DNA of 64,000 nucleotides from an uncultured Lentisphaerales bacterium (lineage in GTDB: Bacteria > Verrucomicrobiota > Lentisphaeria > JABSQK01 > UBA12247), in NCBI GenBank assembly GCA_943788985.1, contig CALSSJ010000013.1, positions 1 to 64,000 on the forward strand, in the 5' to 3' direction. Under the pieces are notes generated by a model, which saw nothing but the letters and a program-made list of their open reading frames with translations, did not search any database and was not told the origin of the DNA. The position numbers were made by a program, and so were the translations under genes. Shown here piece after piece: positions 9,959-23,087 of the stretch (position 1 is the first letter of the stretch; every line of letters begins with the position of its first letter).

Positions 9959-11371
9959 ATGACCCGCGAGCGGGTGAACGTGCTCTGGCTTTTTTGCGAA
10001 GACCTCAACCCCTGGCTGCCGTTATGGGGCGACTCCACGGTGGAAACCCCGAATATCGATGCCCTGGCCGCGGGCGGTGTGCGCTTCACCAACGCCCACA
10101 CGCCGTCCCCAGTCTGCTCGCCTTCGCGCTCCGCCGTGATTACGGGCTGTATGGCCACTTCGTTTGGCGCGCACAATCACTTCAGTTCTCGCCCGGGGAT
10201 GCCGCCCATTGAGCTGCCTGCGCAGGTGCGGCCGTTGCCATTATTGATGAAGGACGCTGGGTACTACACGTTCAATCATGGCAAGGACGACTACAACTTC
10301 GAGTATGATCGAGACGCTTATTACTCCGGCAAGTGGCAGGTCGTGAACCCCTATGGCAAGCACGCGCCCGGCAATGCGAGGGGAGGGCAGGAGGACCGCG
10401 ATTTTCGCCAATGGCGAGGTCGCGCTGAGAGCCAGCCCTTCTTTGGCCAGATCACGCTCTGGGCTGGGAAAAACCAATTGCGCGTTCCCGGGCCGGCCGT
10501 CGATCCGAGCACGGTTACGGTCCCGCCATATTATCCGAACACGGGGAGCTTTCGCGAGGCGATCGCCCGGCACTACGACCAGATTCGGACGACCGATCGG
10601 GAAGTCGGGCAGATTGTCGCTGACCTCAAGGCAGACGGTCTGCTCGACAATACCATCATCTGCTTCTTTTCTGATCACGGCTATCTGATGTTGCGGGGTA
10701 AGCAGTTCTGCTACGACAGCGGGACGCATTCGCCGTTAATTATCGCCGGCCCTGCAGAACTGTTGCCAGAGGGGCAGGGGACAGAGAGGCCAGAGGTCTC
10801 GACCACACTCGATATAACGGCCACGACGCTGGCGCTGGCGGGTGAGCCGGTCCCCCAATGGATGGAGAGCGAGGATCTCTTCTCGGAAGATGCCGGGCGC
10901 GACTTCGTCATCTCGACGCGTGATCGCTGCGATGCGGCGATCGATCGCATCCGCAGTGTTCGCACCGACCGCTTCCGCTACATCCGAAACTTCTATACCT
11001 CTAAGCCGTTGATGCAGCCACAGTACCGCATGAATCAGCCCTGCTACAAGGAGTACCGGCAGATGTGGCAGCGGGGCCTGCTGAACCAAACACAAGCATT
11101 CTTCGCCGGCGACGAGCGCCTTCCCGAAGAGCTATATGATTGCCAGACCGATCCGCATGAGTGCCAGAATCTAGCGAACCATCCTGCGTATGCTGACGAA
11201 TTGGCCCATCTGCGTGAGATCTTGACCGACTGGATGCGTGAGTCTGGCGATCGTGGCGGAGAGAAAGAGGCTGACGAGTTGTATGAATGGTACTTCAATA
11301 ATTGGCCCGCAGAACAGACCTGCTCCCCTGAGTTTAAGCAGTTTCGCGAACACAACAGAGGAACCAGCTGA
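9959..11371 (+). CDS. Sulfatase (formylglycine-dependent)
   Basis: CSPSRSAVITG signature, NVLWLFCED, FFSDHG, EELYD..DP; start placed at ATG 9959. Confidence 0.92.
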   Translation: MTRERVNVLWLFCEDLNPWLPLWGDSTVETPNIDALAAGGVRFTNAHTPSPVCSPSRSAVITGCMATSFGAHNHFSSRPGMPPIELPAQVRPLPLLMKDAGYYTFNHGKDDYNFEYDRDAYYSGKWQVVNPYGKHAPGNARGGQEDRDFRQWRGRAESQPFFGQITLWAGKNQLRVPGPAVDPSTVTVPPYYPNTGSFREAIARHYDQIRTTDREVGQIVADLKADGLLDNTIICFFSDHGYLMLRGKQFCYDSGTHSPLIIAGPAELLPEGQGTERPEVSTTLDITATTLALAGEPVPQWMESEDLFSEDAGRDFVISTRDRCDAAIDRIRSVRTDRFRYIRNFYTSKPLMQPQYRMNQPCYKEYRQMWQRGLLNQTQAFFAGDERLPEELYDCQTDPHECQNLANHPAYADELAHLREILTDWMRESGDRGGEKEADELYEWYFNNWPAEQTCSPEFKQFREHNRGTS

Positions 11372-11379
11372 AAGCACGC

Positions 11380-12012
11380 ATGCGACTATTGATCATACTC
11401 CTGCTGATGGTTGGGCTTCAAGCAGCGGAAGAAGCCAAGTGGCAGAGCCTATTTGACGGCAAGACGTTGACTGGCTGGGAGACCGCCAAGAAGACGCCCG
11501 TCGCCAAAGGCTGGATCGTAGAGGATGGCTGCATCTTCCGGAATGCAAAGGGCGGAAGTATCTTCACAGTTTCCGAGTATGAGAATTTCGAGCTCGAGTT
11601 CGAATGGAAGATTTCGGCCAACGGCAACAGCGGCGTCAAGTACCGGACGAACGGCCAGCTTGGCCCCGAGTACCAGGTCCTTGATGATGACGGGCATAAG
11701 AACGGCAAGAATCCGCTCACCTCTGCCGCGGCTCTGTACGCCATGGTTTCCTGTAACGACCAGAAGGCCCTCAAGCCCGTTGGCGAGTTCAACACCGGCC
11801 GCATTGTCGCCCACGGCACCAAGCTTGAGCACTGGCTCAATGGCAAAAAGGTAATGGAGACCGACACCAGTTCGGCGGAATGGGCCAAGGCCAAAGCGTC
11901 GAGCAAGTACCGGGACAAGGAAGACTACGGCACGGGCTCTGGCAGGCTTATGCTGCAGGATCACGGAAACCTCGCTTGGTACCGGAACCTGCGGATTCGC
12001 CCTCTCGACTGA
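11380..12012 (+). CDS. DUF1080 (3-keto-disaccharide hydrolase family) protein, secreted
   Basis: Signal peptide, LFDGKTLTGW, GNSGVKY, EYQVLD, LQDHG..WYRNLRIRPL. Confidence 0.9.
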   Translation: MRLLIILLLMVGLQAAEEAKWQSLFDGKTLTGWETAKKTPVAKGWIVEDGCIFRNAKGGSIFTVSEYENFELEFEWKISANGNSGVKYRTNGQLGPEYQVLDDDGHKNGKNPLTSAAALYAMVSCNDQKALKPVGEFNTGRIVAHGTKLEHWLNGKKVMETDTSSAEWAKAKASSKYRDKEDYGTGSGRLMLQDHGNLAWYRNLRIRPLD

Positions 12013-12139
12013 AGCCCCGCCCGGGCTGCTACCGGGCCATTATAAAACGAGGGCTTCCGGTTCTCGAGTGACAATGGGCACGAAATTCTACTTTGGGCCT
12101 AGTAAAATTTGCGGTTTCGGTCACCGTACCCGCCCGAGC

Positions 12140-12216
12140 GCCAACATAGCTCAGTTGGTCAGAGCAGCTGATTTGTAATCAGCAGGTCGTCGGTTCGAAT
12201 CCGACTGTTGGCTCCA
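12140..12216 (+). tRNA. tRNA-Thr (anticodon TGT)
   Basis: Acceptor stem GCCAACA/TGTTGGC, D-arm TAGCTCAGTTGG, anticodon arm GCTGA-TTTGTAA-TCAGC, T-loop GGTTCGAATCC, encoded CCA. Confidence 0.97.
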
Positions 12217-12886
12217 TTCGCCTCTTGGCAGTTTCGCACGCCAAGGCGCTCGGCGCTTTCCGCCATTTCATTGGCGGACCGAACGACCAAAGACCCTAGC
12301 GTTCTGGGACGCCCAGAGAGGCGCAAAGACGCAGAGGCCGCCGGATCGCAACTTTGAAGCATACCCTAATGTTCTAATCTGCTTGCCCAGCGATTGACCT
12401 ATACCTTGATCGTGAGTTCGTGGATAGGGACGGTGCATCGCCAATTTTCGGAAAAGCGCGCAGGGAGGATTGCAGGATAATGGCGATCATCACCTGTGGA
12501 AAGCTCGCGAAGGCTGATTTTGAGAAGATCATGCTCGTGAGCGACTCGAATGTGACTATGTCATCACGACCGACTATCTCGGTTTTACCGACCTCAGCGG
12601 CACTCAGGGACTCAAGGTCTACATGGAGCAAGATTTAGACGTACTGCTGCATGGCCATCTTGAGCGTCTTCGCACCTGCACAAGCAGGAGTCGGCCTTGG
12701 GAGCCGACGGAGCGCCTAGAGCAGATGCAGGCGATTGATCGTGACGAGAGGCAGGCTTTACTGGCGAGGCGATTGGCGTAATCGAGAGGGAGGCAACCTG
12801 CATGGTGCCCATGTATGCCTTCCCTTCCTTCGTACCGTTCCGTAAGAGACCGGGGTGTAGTAGCGCGAGTTCCGCCCCGAAGCCTC

Positions 12887-14519
12887 TTACGGGTAAGTCA
12901 GCCCGCCACCTGGCCCGAGGGGAATGCCTATGGCATACCAACTCAACAACATGATCAACCAAACGATGCTAAAGCCGATCGTGTAGGGGAGCATCGTGGT
13001 GATGAGTGTGCCCATTCCGGCCTTCGGTACGAGCTGGCGCATGTACATCAGGATGATCACCATGTACGGATTGAGCGGCGTGATGATGTTGGTCACCGAA
13101 TCCCCGATCCGATACGCTGCCTGCGTCAGCTCGGGGCTGATTCCCACGACCATGAACATCGGGATAAACACCGGTGCGAAGATCGCATACTTGGCCGACA
13201 TTGAGCCGACGAAGAGATTGAACAGCATGGTCAGGAGCACGAACGAGACAAGCAACACGGGAATTGGCAGCTCGGCTGCGCTGAGCGCGTTGCCTCCGGC
13301 CAGGGCAAACATGCGCCCTAATCCCGTGTATTTGAAGCAGGCAATGAACTGGGCGGCGAAGAACGACAGCACGATGATCGGAGCCATCGCGGCCATTGTT
13401 TCGGTCAGCATGCGCATCACGTCGCGATCATTGCGAATCGTCCCCGCGCGGGCGCCGTAGCCAAGCCCGGGCAGCAAGAACAGCAGAAACAGCAGGGGGA
13501 CGATGGCCCGCACCCAGCGCGAAAACTTCTCTTTGCTCGGGGCCAGGACGCGCGAGCCGTCCTCGGCGCTTGCGAACTCCGCAATCACTTGCTGGCCGGT
13601 GTCTGCGGTGAGTGTGTAGGTGTGTAGCGGCCCGCCTGGGATCTGAATCGAGGCCCAGGTGACGGCGATGGCGATCACCAAAATGATTCCTGCGAAGCGC
13701 AATCCAGCTCGCTCCTTCTCCCCAATCGCTGCGGCGTCGGCGTCGGTTGCGGACTCCGCAACCGGGCCGCCCTCTGCAGCGGACTTCGCAGCCAGCCTGG
13801 GCTCGACGAACCAGGCACTCACGGCCCAACCGGTGAATGTCATGACCACGGTGCTGACCATCATGAACCACCAATTGCAGGCAGGATTGACGACGTAGTC
13901 GGGCGCGATTAGCTGCGCGCCAGCGGTGGCCAATCCGGCGAGTAGTGGGTCCAGCCCGGTGATGAAGAAGTTGGCATTGAAGCCAGCAGCGACGCCTGCG
14001 AACACCGCAGCCAGTCCGGCCAGCGGCGAGCGCCCGGCCGCCCGATATAAAGCCGCGGCCAATGGCGGCAGGACCACATAGCCAGCATCCAGTGTCAGCG
14101 AGGACAGAATGCCTAGAAAGATCATAGCTGGTGTCAGCAATGCCGACGGCACGACGCGCATAAACGCCTTCAAGGCGGCGGCAATCAACCCGCTGCGCTC
14201 CGCGACGCCGATCCCAAGCATGCCGACCAAAACCACGCCCAGCGGCGGGAAATCCATAAAGTTTGGCACCAGATTGCGAATCAGCCAGTAGATCCCGTCG
14301 CGAGTCAGCAGGCTGGTGGCCTGATAGCTCGTACCTGCCTTCCACGTGAGAGTGCCCCGCTTCGTCGACGACGGGGATCTGCTGCACTACCACCCAGTTG
14401 GTCGCCATGGCGATCGCCGAGGCGATGACCACGACCGCGGTCCCGATGACAAAAAGCGTGCTTGGGTCCGGGAGCTTGTTCCCTAGTCGCTCAACCTTGT
14501 CTGTAAGTCCGCGGCTCAA
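12887..14519 (-). CDS. AbgT family transporter, one +1 frameshift (probably a sequencing error)
   Basis: N-terminus VERLGNKLPDPSTLF in one frame; remainder (FPPLG...AYRIGDSVTNIITPLNPY...GIPLGPG) in another; removing one base from CCCC at 14355-14358 joins them. Confidence 0.88.
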
Positions 14520-15226
14520 TGGCCGTGGGCCGTAACGATGTAGCGCGTGACTTCTCCAGTTGCCGTGACCAAGCAGTAGACGTCTACGCCTACTTGGCGT
14601 CCGTCAATACGCTTGTTGCCGTGGCCGGTGTGAATGGCCAGCAGCGAGCCATCGTGATGCACCCAGCGGATCGCTGGTGCCGAAGGGCGCAGGATCTGCC
14701 AGTATGACCGGTCCACGCCGCGCTCGGCGATATACCGGTTCGTCAGCCGCACCCAGTTGGTCGTGGTCCCGCGAGTGGCGGCTTCCAGCGCACCGGCGTT
14801 GGCCTTCTGCGCTTCCGCTTGCTCCATGCTCAGCACGAGATTGGCTCCCGAATCTTGCTCACTCTTCAGAAGCCCCTGCACCAAAAAGTGCCCCAGGAGA
14901 TGGGTGCCGCCGGACGCATGGCCCTCGGCAAACGGAGTCAGATCCACAATCGCTGGCCGCAGCGCGAAGGATTGCACGCGGAAGGGCACCTGCGAGAGGT
15001 CCGCCACCAGCAAGGTCTGCTCGCCCTCGCGCTCGGTCCATTTCTTGGGGTTGTTCAGCATACCATGCCAGGACTTTGCGTGCCGGTCTAGTTCGGCAGC
15101 AACCGCTAGCGGTCGGCTGTCGAGGAACAGAATGGGCGTTTCCACAGAAGGGGAAGGCTCGTCGGCAAGCGCGACGAAGGCCAGGCAGGTGAACAGTGGA
15201 AGCAGGGGGAGAGGAAAATACTTCAT
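14516..15226 (-). CDS. Hypothetical secreted protein
   Basis: Signal-peptide-like N-terminus; overlaps both neighbours by 4 bp. Confidence 0.65.
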   Translation of the reverse strand: MKYFPLPLLPLFTCLAFVALADEPSPSVETPILFLDSRPLAVAAELDRHAKSWHGMLNNPKKWTEREGEQTLLVADLSQVPFRVQSFALRPAIVDLTPFAEGHASGGTHLLGHFLVQGLLKSEQDSGANLVLSMEQAEAQKANAGALEAATRGTTTNWVRLTNRYIAERGVDRSYWQILRPSAPAIRWVHHDGSLLAIHTGHGNKRIDGRQVGVDVYCLVTATGEVTRYIVTAHGH

Positions 15227-16459
15227 ACGGTGGAATTGGCAGCGGCAGCCACCTTTTTGATCGTGAGGCCTTGAACGAGGATGCTAAATATGACTACCTG
15301 ATACGTAACTGCAAGAATCCAGTCGCGCGCGCTGCTCGGTGGTAAAGACAGCGCCAGCGCTACGGAGATGCCGCCACGGATTCCGCCCCAGGTCAGAATG
15401 CGAATCACGTGCGGACTGAACTGGCGGTTGAACCGCAGCACAGTGACCGTACTCGAAACCGCAATCAGGCGAGCCAGCAGCACGATCACGATCGCCGCCA
15501 GTCCCAGTCCAAAGTAGATGGGCTCGAAATCCAGCACCAGCAGCTCGAGACCGATCAACACAAACAGGACCACGTTCAGAATTTCGTCGACCAATTCCCA
15601 GAACCCGTCCAGATGTTCCCGCGTTTTTGCGGACATCGCAAAACTGCCGGCCATGATTGCCGATAAACAGCCCGGCGACCACCACCGCGATCGGTCCCGA
15701 GGTATGCAGCTTCATGGCCAACGCATAGCCGCCGCCCACCAACGCGAGCGTCAGCAGCACTTCCACCTGATAATTATCAACATCGCGCAGCAACCGGTAG
15801 GTACACAGCCCGAGGACCATGCCGAGCGCGACACCGCCGAGACCTTCCACGGCAAACAGCTTAACGATGTGCCCGAAGCTGGCCTCCTGCCCCGTGGCGA
15901 GTTCGACCAGCACTAGGAAGATCACCACCCCAATCCCGTCATTGAACAACGACTCGCCAGCAATCTTGGTCTCCAGGCTCTTCGGCGTGCCAGCGGTCTT
16001 AAGAATGCCGAGCACGGCGATTGGATCCGTCGGAGAAATCAGCGCGCCGAAAACCAGACAGTACAGGTAGGAGACCTCCATCCCGACCAACTGCGTCAGG
16101 CCATACATCGCCGTGCCGACGAGAAAGGTCGAAAGCGCGATCCCCACCGAGGCCATTACCCCGACCACCGTCTTTTCGCGGGCCAGATCATCGAGATTGA
16201 TATGCAGGGCCCCGGCGAAAAGCAGGTAGCTGAGCATGCCATGCATCAGCACCTTGTCGAAATGCAGGCCAGCCAGAAATGTCCGAGCCGGGGTCCGCAG
16301 GTCCATGCCTGCCGCGTCCAGCGCGATCAAACCAAGCGAAAGCAACAGCCCCACAGCCATCACGCCGATGGTCATCGGCAGCTTCACCCAGCGATAATTT
16401 ACGTAGGCTAAAAGGGCGGAAAGAGTCAGTAACAAGGCGATGCTGTCGTAGGCAGACAT
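15223..16459 (-). CDS. Na+/H+ antiporter (CPA1/NhaP family), one +1 frameshift
   Basis: LISPTDPIAV, GESLFNDG, WGGIRGGISVALAL; removing one A from AAAA at 15640-15643 restores GNHGRQFAMSAKTREHL. Confidence 0.88.
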
Positions 16460-16539
16460 GCTGGGTCCTTTTCTTGTTGGTCGGGAAGCGGTACTTTACG
16501 GCGTCATTCCTGATCGTCCCATGCTACTTGGAGATTCGC

Positions 16540-17190
16540 TTGAAGCTGTTTATCTACGACCATTGCCCGTATTGCGTGCGAGCCTGGATGCCGCTTGGCA
16601 TCAAAAACATTCCCTGTGAGCTGGTCGTAATGCTGAACGACGATGTCGAGACCCCGACCGCGATGATCGGCAAGAAGATGGTGCCGATTCTGGAATTGGA
16701 CGACGGCACCTATATCCCGGAAAGCCTGGATATTGTCGCCTATCTGGACGAGAACTTCGGGGAAAGCGCGACGTTTGCGCCGTTTAGCAAGCGCGCAGAT
16801 CTAGCCGCGTGGGTCGATCAATTTAAGGGCACGATGAACGATCTGTGCCTGCCGCGCGTGCCCCAGGCACCGCTAAAAGAGTTTGCGACTGCAAGCGCGC
16901 GCGAGTACTTCACCCGCGCCAAGACTGCCTACATCGGCGATTTCGCAGCCTTGATGGCCGAGACACCTGCGCAACTGCAGATCATGAACGAGGGCTTGCG
17001 ACAGTTCGGCAACTTACTGCGCGGCGAGTACGTGAACGAGACCCTGAGCTACGATGACATCGACCTTTTCGCCAAGCTTCGTGGTCTTACCCTGGTTGCC
17101 GGGTGCGAGTGGCCCACTCGCACCCGAGAGTACGTCGATGCGATGTCCGCAAAATCTGGCGTCTCGCTCTATGATGACTTCGCGATCTGA
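16540..17190 (+). CDS. grxB: Glutaredoxin 2 (GrxB family)
   Basis: (M)KLFIYDHCPYCVRA, IGKKMVPIL, ESLDIV; TTG start after GGAG. Confidence 0.92.
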   Translation: MKLFIYDHCPYCVRAWMPLGIKNIPCELVVMLNDDVETPTAMIGKKMVPILELDDGTYIPESLDIVAYLDENFGESATFAPFSKRADLAAWVDQFKGTMNDLCLPRVPQAPLKEFATASAREYFTRAKTAYIGDFAALMAETPAQLQIMNEGLRQFGNLLRGEYVNETLSYDDIDLFAKLRGLTLVAGCEWPTRTREYVDAMSAKSGVSLYDDFAI

Positions 17191-17199
17191 TCTGAACGA

Positions 17200-18218
17200 G
17201 TGAAACCCTTCCTTCCATTCAGTGCTCTGCTGCTGCTTCTGGTAGCGGGCTGCAGCAAGGCCCCGCCTCCGCCCTACGACAGCGATGCCAATCGCCTGTT
17301 GCTGGCTTCGCTGCAGGCGATGCAGACCGAGTCTCTCGATGACGCGATCGGAAATCTCGAACGCCTCCAGGCATTGCGGCCAGAATACGCGCTGCCCCAC
17401 GTCCTGCTGCAGCAGTCCTACGAAACCGAGGCTATTACCGCTGCCACGCGCCACCTGGCGGATGGCGAGGGCGATCTCGAGCGCGCCGTGGATGAGATCG
17501 AAGGGGCCATGATCGAGCTTGGAGCCACGCCGCGGATCGAAGCCGAACGAAATCGCCTGCAGGCACTCAGTCAGGTCCTCGCCTATCGTACTGCTGGGCC
17601 CTACCATGACAGCAGTGATTGGAATACCGCGCTGCTCACTCTGCCCGCCCCCGAAGAACTGGGCGCCGATGCAGACCTCTATCGTGAGTGGATTCGCAGC
17701 GAACGCCGGGAGCTAGTTGCGCTTGAAGACATCGAGAAGCGCAGACAGGTGGACAGCATCATACGGGACATCGATCGCGCCATCCTGCTGGCGTCGTGGA
17801 CCGATCTGGCCGCGGCCATAGTGAAGCTCCAACAGCTCGATCCGCAGCATCCGGTGGCACTTGCGGAGTCCGCAACCAGCCTGAGTTTCTACGGTAAGGC
17901 GACCACCGAAAATGAGATCGCCCTGTTTCTCATGTTTCAGAACGGCGATCCCGCACGCCGGACCGCAATCGCGGAGTTGATGGTGCCGCGGCTCCCGCGT
18001 TCCGCCACTGGGCGACGGCTCCGCGTCATGAGTGCTTTTCAACAAGGCTACCTGCTTTCCGCAGTGATCGGGCTCGACAAGCTTGTATCTCTGCATCCGG
18101 AGGCCAATATTGCTGGTCTTCGGCGCAGGCTTGACGCTGCCATCGCGGAGCCACAAAACGCGCCTTGGCCCTCACTCCGTGGCATTCTCACACCAATCTA
18201 CCGTCTTCAGGAATACCC

Positions 18219-18222
<4 letters not shown>
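17200..18222 (+). CDS. Hypothetical helical lipoprotein
   Basis: Lipobox LVAGC; 340-aa ORF coupled to the PPIase gene. Confidence 0.7.
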
Positions 18223-21139
<2,917 letters not shown>

Positions 21140-21167
21140 TTGTAGTCAGCACACTGGGATTTAACGG

Positions 21168-21740
21168 GTGAGAATTGGCTAGAATCCAGTCAAGTCCCAC
21201 GAGGACTTGCCGCCGTTCGCGCGGCATCAGGTCATTCTCCCCGTTTATCCCCCCGAAACCGCCGGCTATTTCGAGCAGCTGCCGGAGATCCTAAATCTGA
21301 GCCTGCGGTCCTTGCACGCCACCAGCGATCCCACTCACACCGTCGTGACTGTGATCGCCAACGGCTGTCATGCCGACGTGGTCCACCAGTTGCGGAGTTC
21401 GTAAACCGCAGGACTCATTGACCAGCTGGTCATCAATTCCCGCAATTTCGGCAAAGTCGACAGCCTCGCAAATGTGGTGCGAGGCTCGTTCGCCGAGGTC
21501 ATCACCATGGCCGATGCCGACGTCCTCTTCCTGCCCTGCTGGCAACACGAGTCCGAGCGCATCCTCCGTGCTTTTCCCGAATGCGGCATGGTCTCTCCGT
21601 TTCCCGGAATCGGCATCGAATGGCACGCTACCAGCGCCACCATTCTGAACGGTCGCCTCCGGCGCGAGTCTGGCATCGTCCCGGATCAAGATCTTGCGGA
21701 CTTCGCACAGAGCATTGACCGGCCCCAATTTTCCGCAAGA
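21168..21740 (+). pseudogene. Decayed glycosyltransferase family 2/A fragment
   Basis: MRIG*NP..HQVILPVY..IANGC then a frameshift to NFGKVDSL..ITMADADVLFLPCW; in-frame TAG at 21180-21182; 3' part missing. Confidence 0.65.
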
Positions 21741-22283
21741 TCACTGGTCTGGTGCGACTTTATCGGGCTCATTATTTCTGCGCTTAGCGCCTGCATTCAA
21801 GCGCCTCATGCCATGCTGCTGGGCGCCAAGCAGGCCACAGAAATGATCATTCTCACGGGTGCCGTGGATTTTATGTCTTCGTGGACGGCACTGGTTTTTA
21901 TCGGCGTGTGCCTGATCCGCATCATCGCGACAGACGGTGTGCAAGCTGCGTTGAATCCAATTGCGCTGGCGAAAGCCACGTAAACCTTCGCCCCTCTGCT
22001 CGCGATTTCGATGTTTCTAGTCAGCACTGTACTCACCTGTGAAATCTGGGCGTTGGGCGCTTTGATTGCTGAGATCGTGCTCACTGCAGGCGCTGCCTCG
22101 CTGTTATTCTTCCCGAGAGCCGTCCATCTTTCGGCGATGCTGTCGACCATTCCCGCACGCGCCCATCGCGATGTGACTTTGGGAGCAGCAGGCGGTAGCT
22201 GGAAGGTACTTGGGGTGCTGGCCCTGCTAGTGATGGTCTGCCTGCACATCGTTCTCTCTGTCTATATGACCGTCAATCTCTGA
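21741..22283 (+). pseudogene. Fragment of a polytopic membrane protein with an in-frame stop
   Basis: Hydrophobic frame continues across TAA 21981-21983 into the 22011 ORF; family not identified. Confidence 0.35.
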
Positions 22284-22356
22284 CTATGGCAACTTGCCGC
22301 TGGCACGGAGCGACTTACCGATAGGGCTCTGCTTTTCGGACTGCAACGGGCGCGCA

Positions 22357-23016
22357 ATGCCATCCCAAGCTGTAGAAGACTACCTCAAGACCATCTACCT
22401 GCTGCGCCAGGAATCGTCCAAGGTCTCGATGAAGGAGCTTTCCCGGGCACTATCAGTCGCCCCCGCATCCGCGACTGGCATGGTCAAGAAGCTGGCAGCC
22501 GAAGGTCTCGTGAAGCACGAGCGCTACCAGGGCGTCGAGCTTTCCGAAGCCGGTCGCCACGTCGCCTTGGAAGTCCTCCGCCATCACCGCTTAATCGAGC
22601 TGTTCCTGAGTAAATCTCTGGACGTTCCGTGGGATCTCGTGCACCAGGAGGCAGAGAAGCTCGAACACGCCATCTCCGAAGAGCTTGAAGATCGCATGGC
22701 AGCCGCGCTGGGCAATCCGCAATTTGACCCCCACGGCGCCCCGATTCCTGCGCGGGATGGCTCCTTTATCAAACGAACGCGCCAGCCCCTCGTCGACGTC
22801 TCCCCCGGCACGACTGCGCCCATCAGCGAGGTAAACGACCGTGATCCAGAGATGCTCCGTTACCTTACAGACATCGGCATCGGGCTTGGCACCCCTGTTG
22901 AGGTGCTAGCGCTCGCCCCCTTTGACGGGCCCCTGACGATTCGCGTTGGCGGGCAAAGCCACGCCATCAGCCGCATTGTCGCCGGAAACGTCTTTATCGA
23001 GCCTGAGAAGAGTTGA
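22357..23016 (+). CDS. mntR: DtxR/MntR family metal-dependent transcriptional regulator with FeoA domain
   Basis: EDYLKTIY, RHHRLIELFL, EAEKLEH, DPHGAPIP; C-terminal SH3/FeoA-like domain. Confidence 0.9.
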   Translation: MPSQAVEDYLKTIYLLRQESSKVSMKELSRALSVAPASATGMVKKLAAEGLVKHERYQGVELSEAGRHVALEVLRHHRLIELFLSKSLDVPWDLVHQEAEKLEHAISEELEDRMAAALGNPQFDPHGAPIPARDGSFIKRTRQPLVDVSPGTTAPISEVNDRDPEMLRYLTDIGIGLGTPVEVLALAPFDGPLTIRVGGQSHAISRIVAGNVFIEPEKS

Positions 23017-23087
23017 CCACGGAACTCCACCCGCTTTTCTCCGCGCAAGCCTGACAGGGAAAAGGTCGTATAATCGGCGGTTCTTCC

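Noticed and set aside
12190..12216. tRNA-Thr as an integration site for an island
   Set aside because: No duplicated tRNA 3' end or integrase was seen in the window.
12220..12880. ORFs downstream of the tRNA
   Set aside because: Short and motif-free; could be decayed DNA but cannot be called.
14355..15643. Programmed frameshifting in abgT or nhaP
   Set aside because: Only 4-nt runs with no slippery heptamer or stimulatory structure; sequencing error is the simpler explanation.
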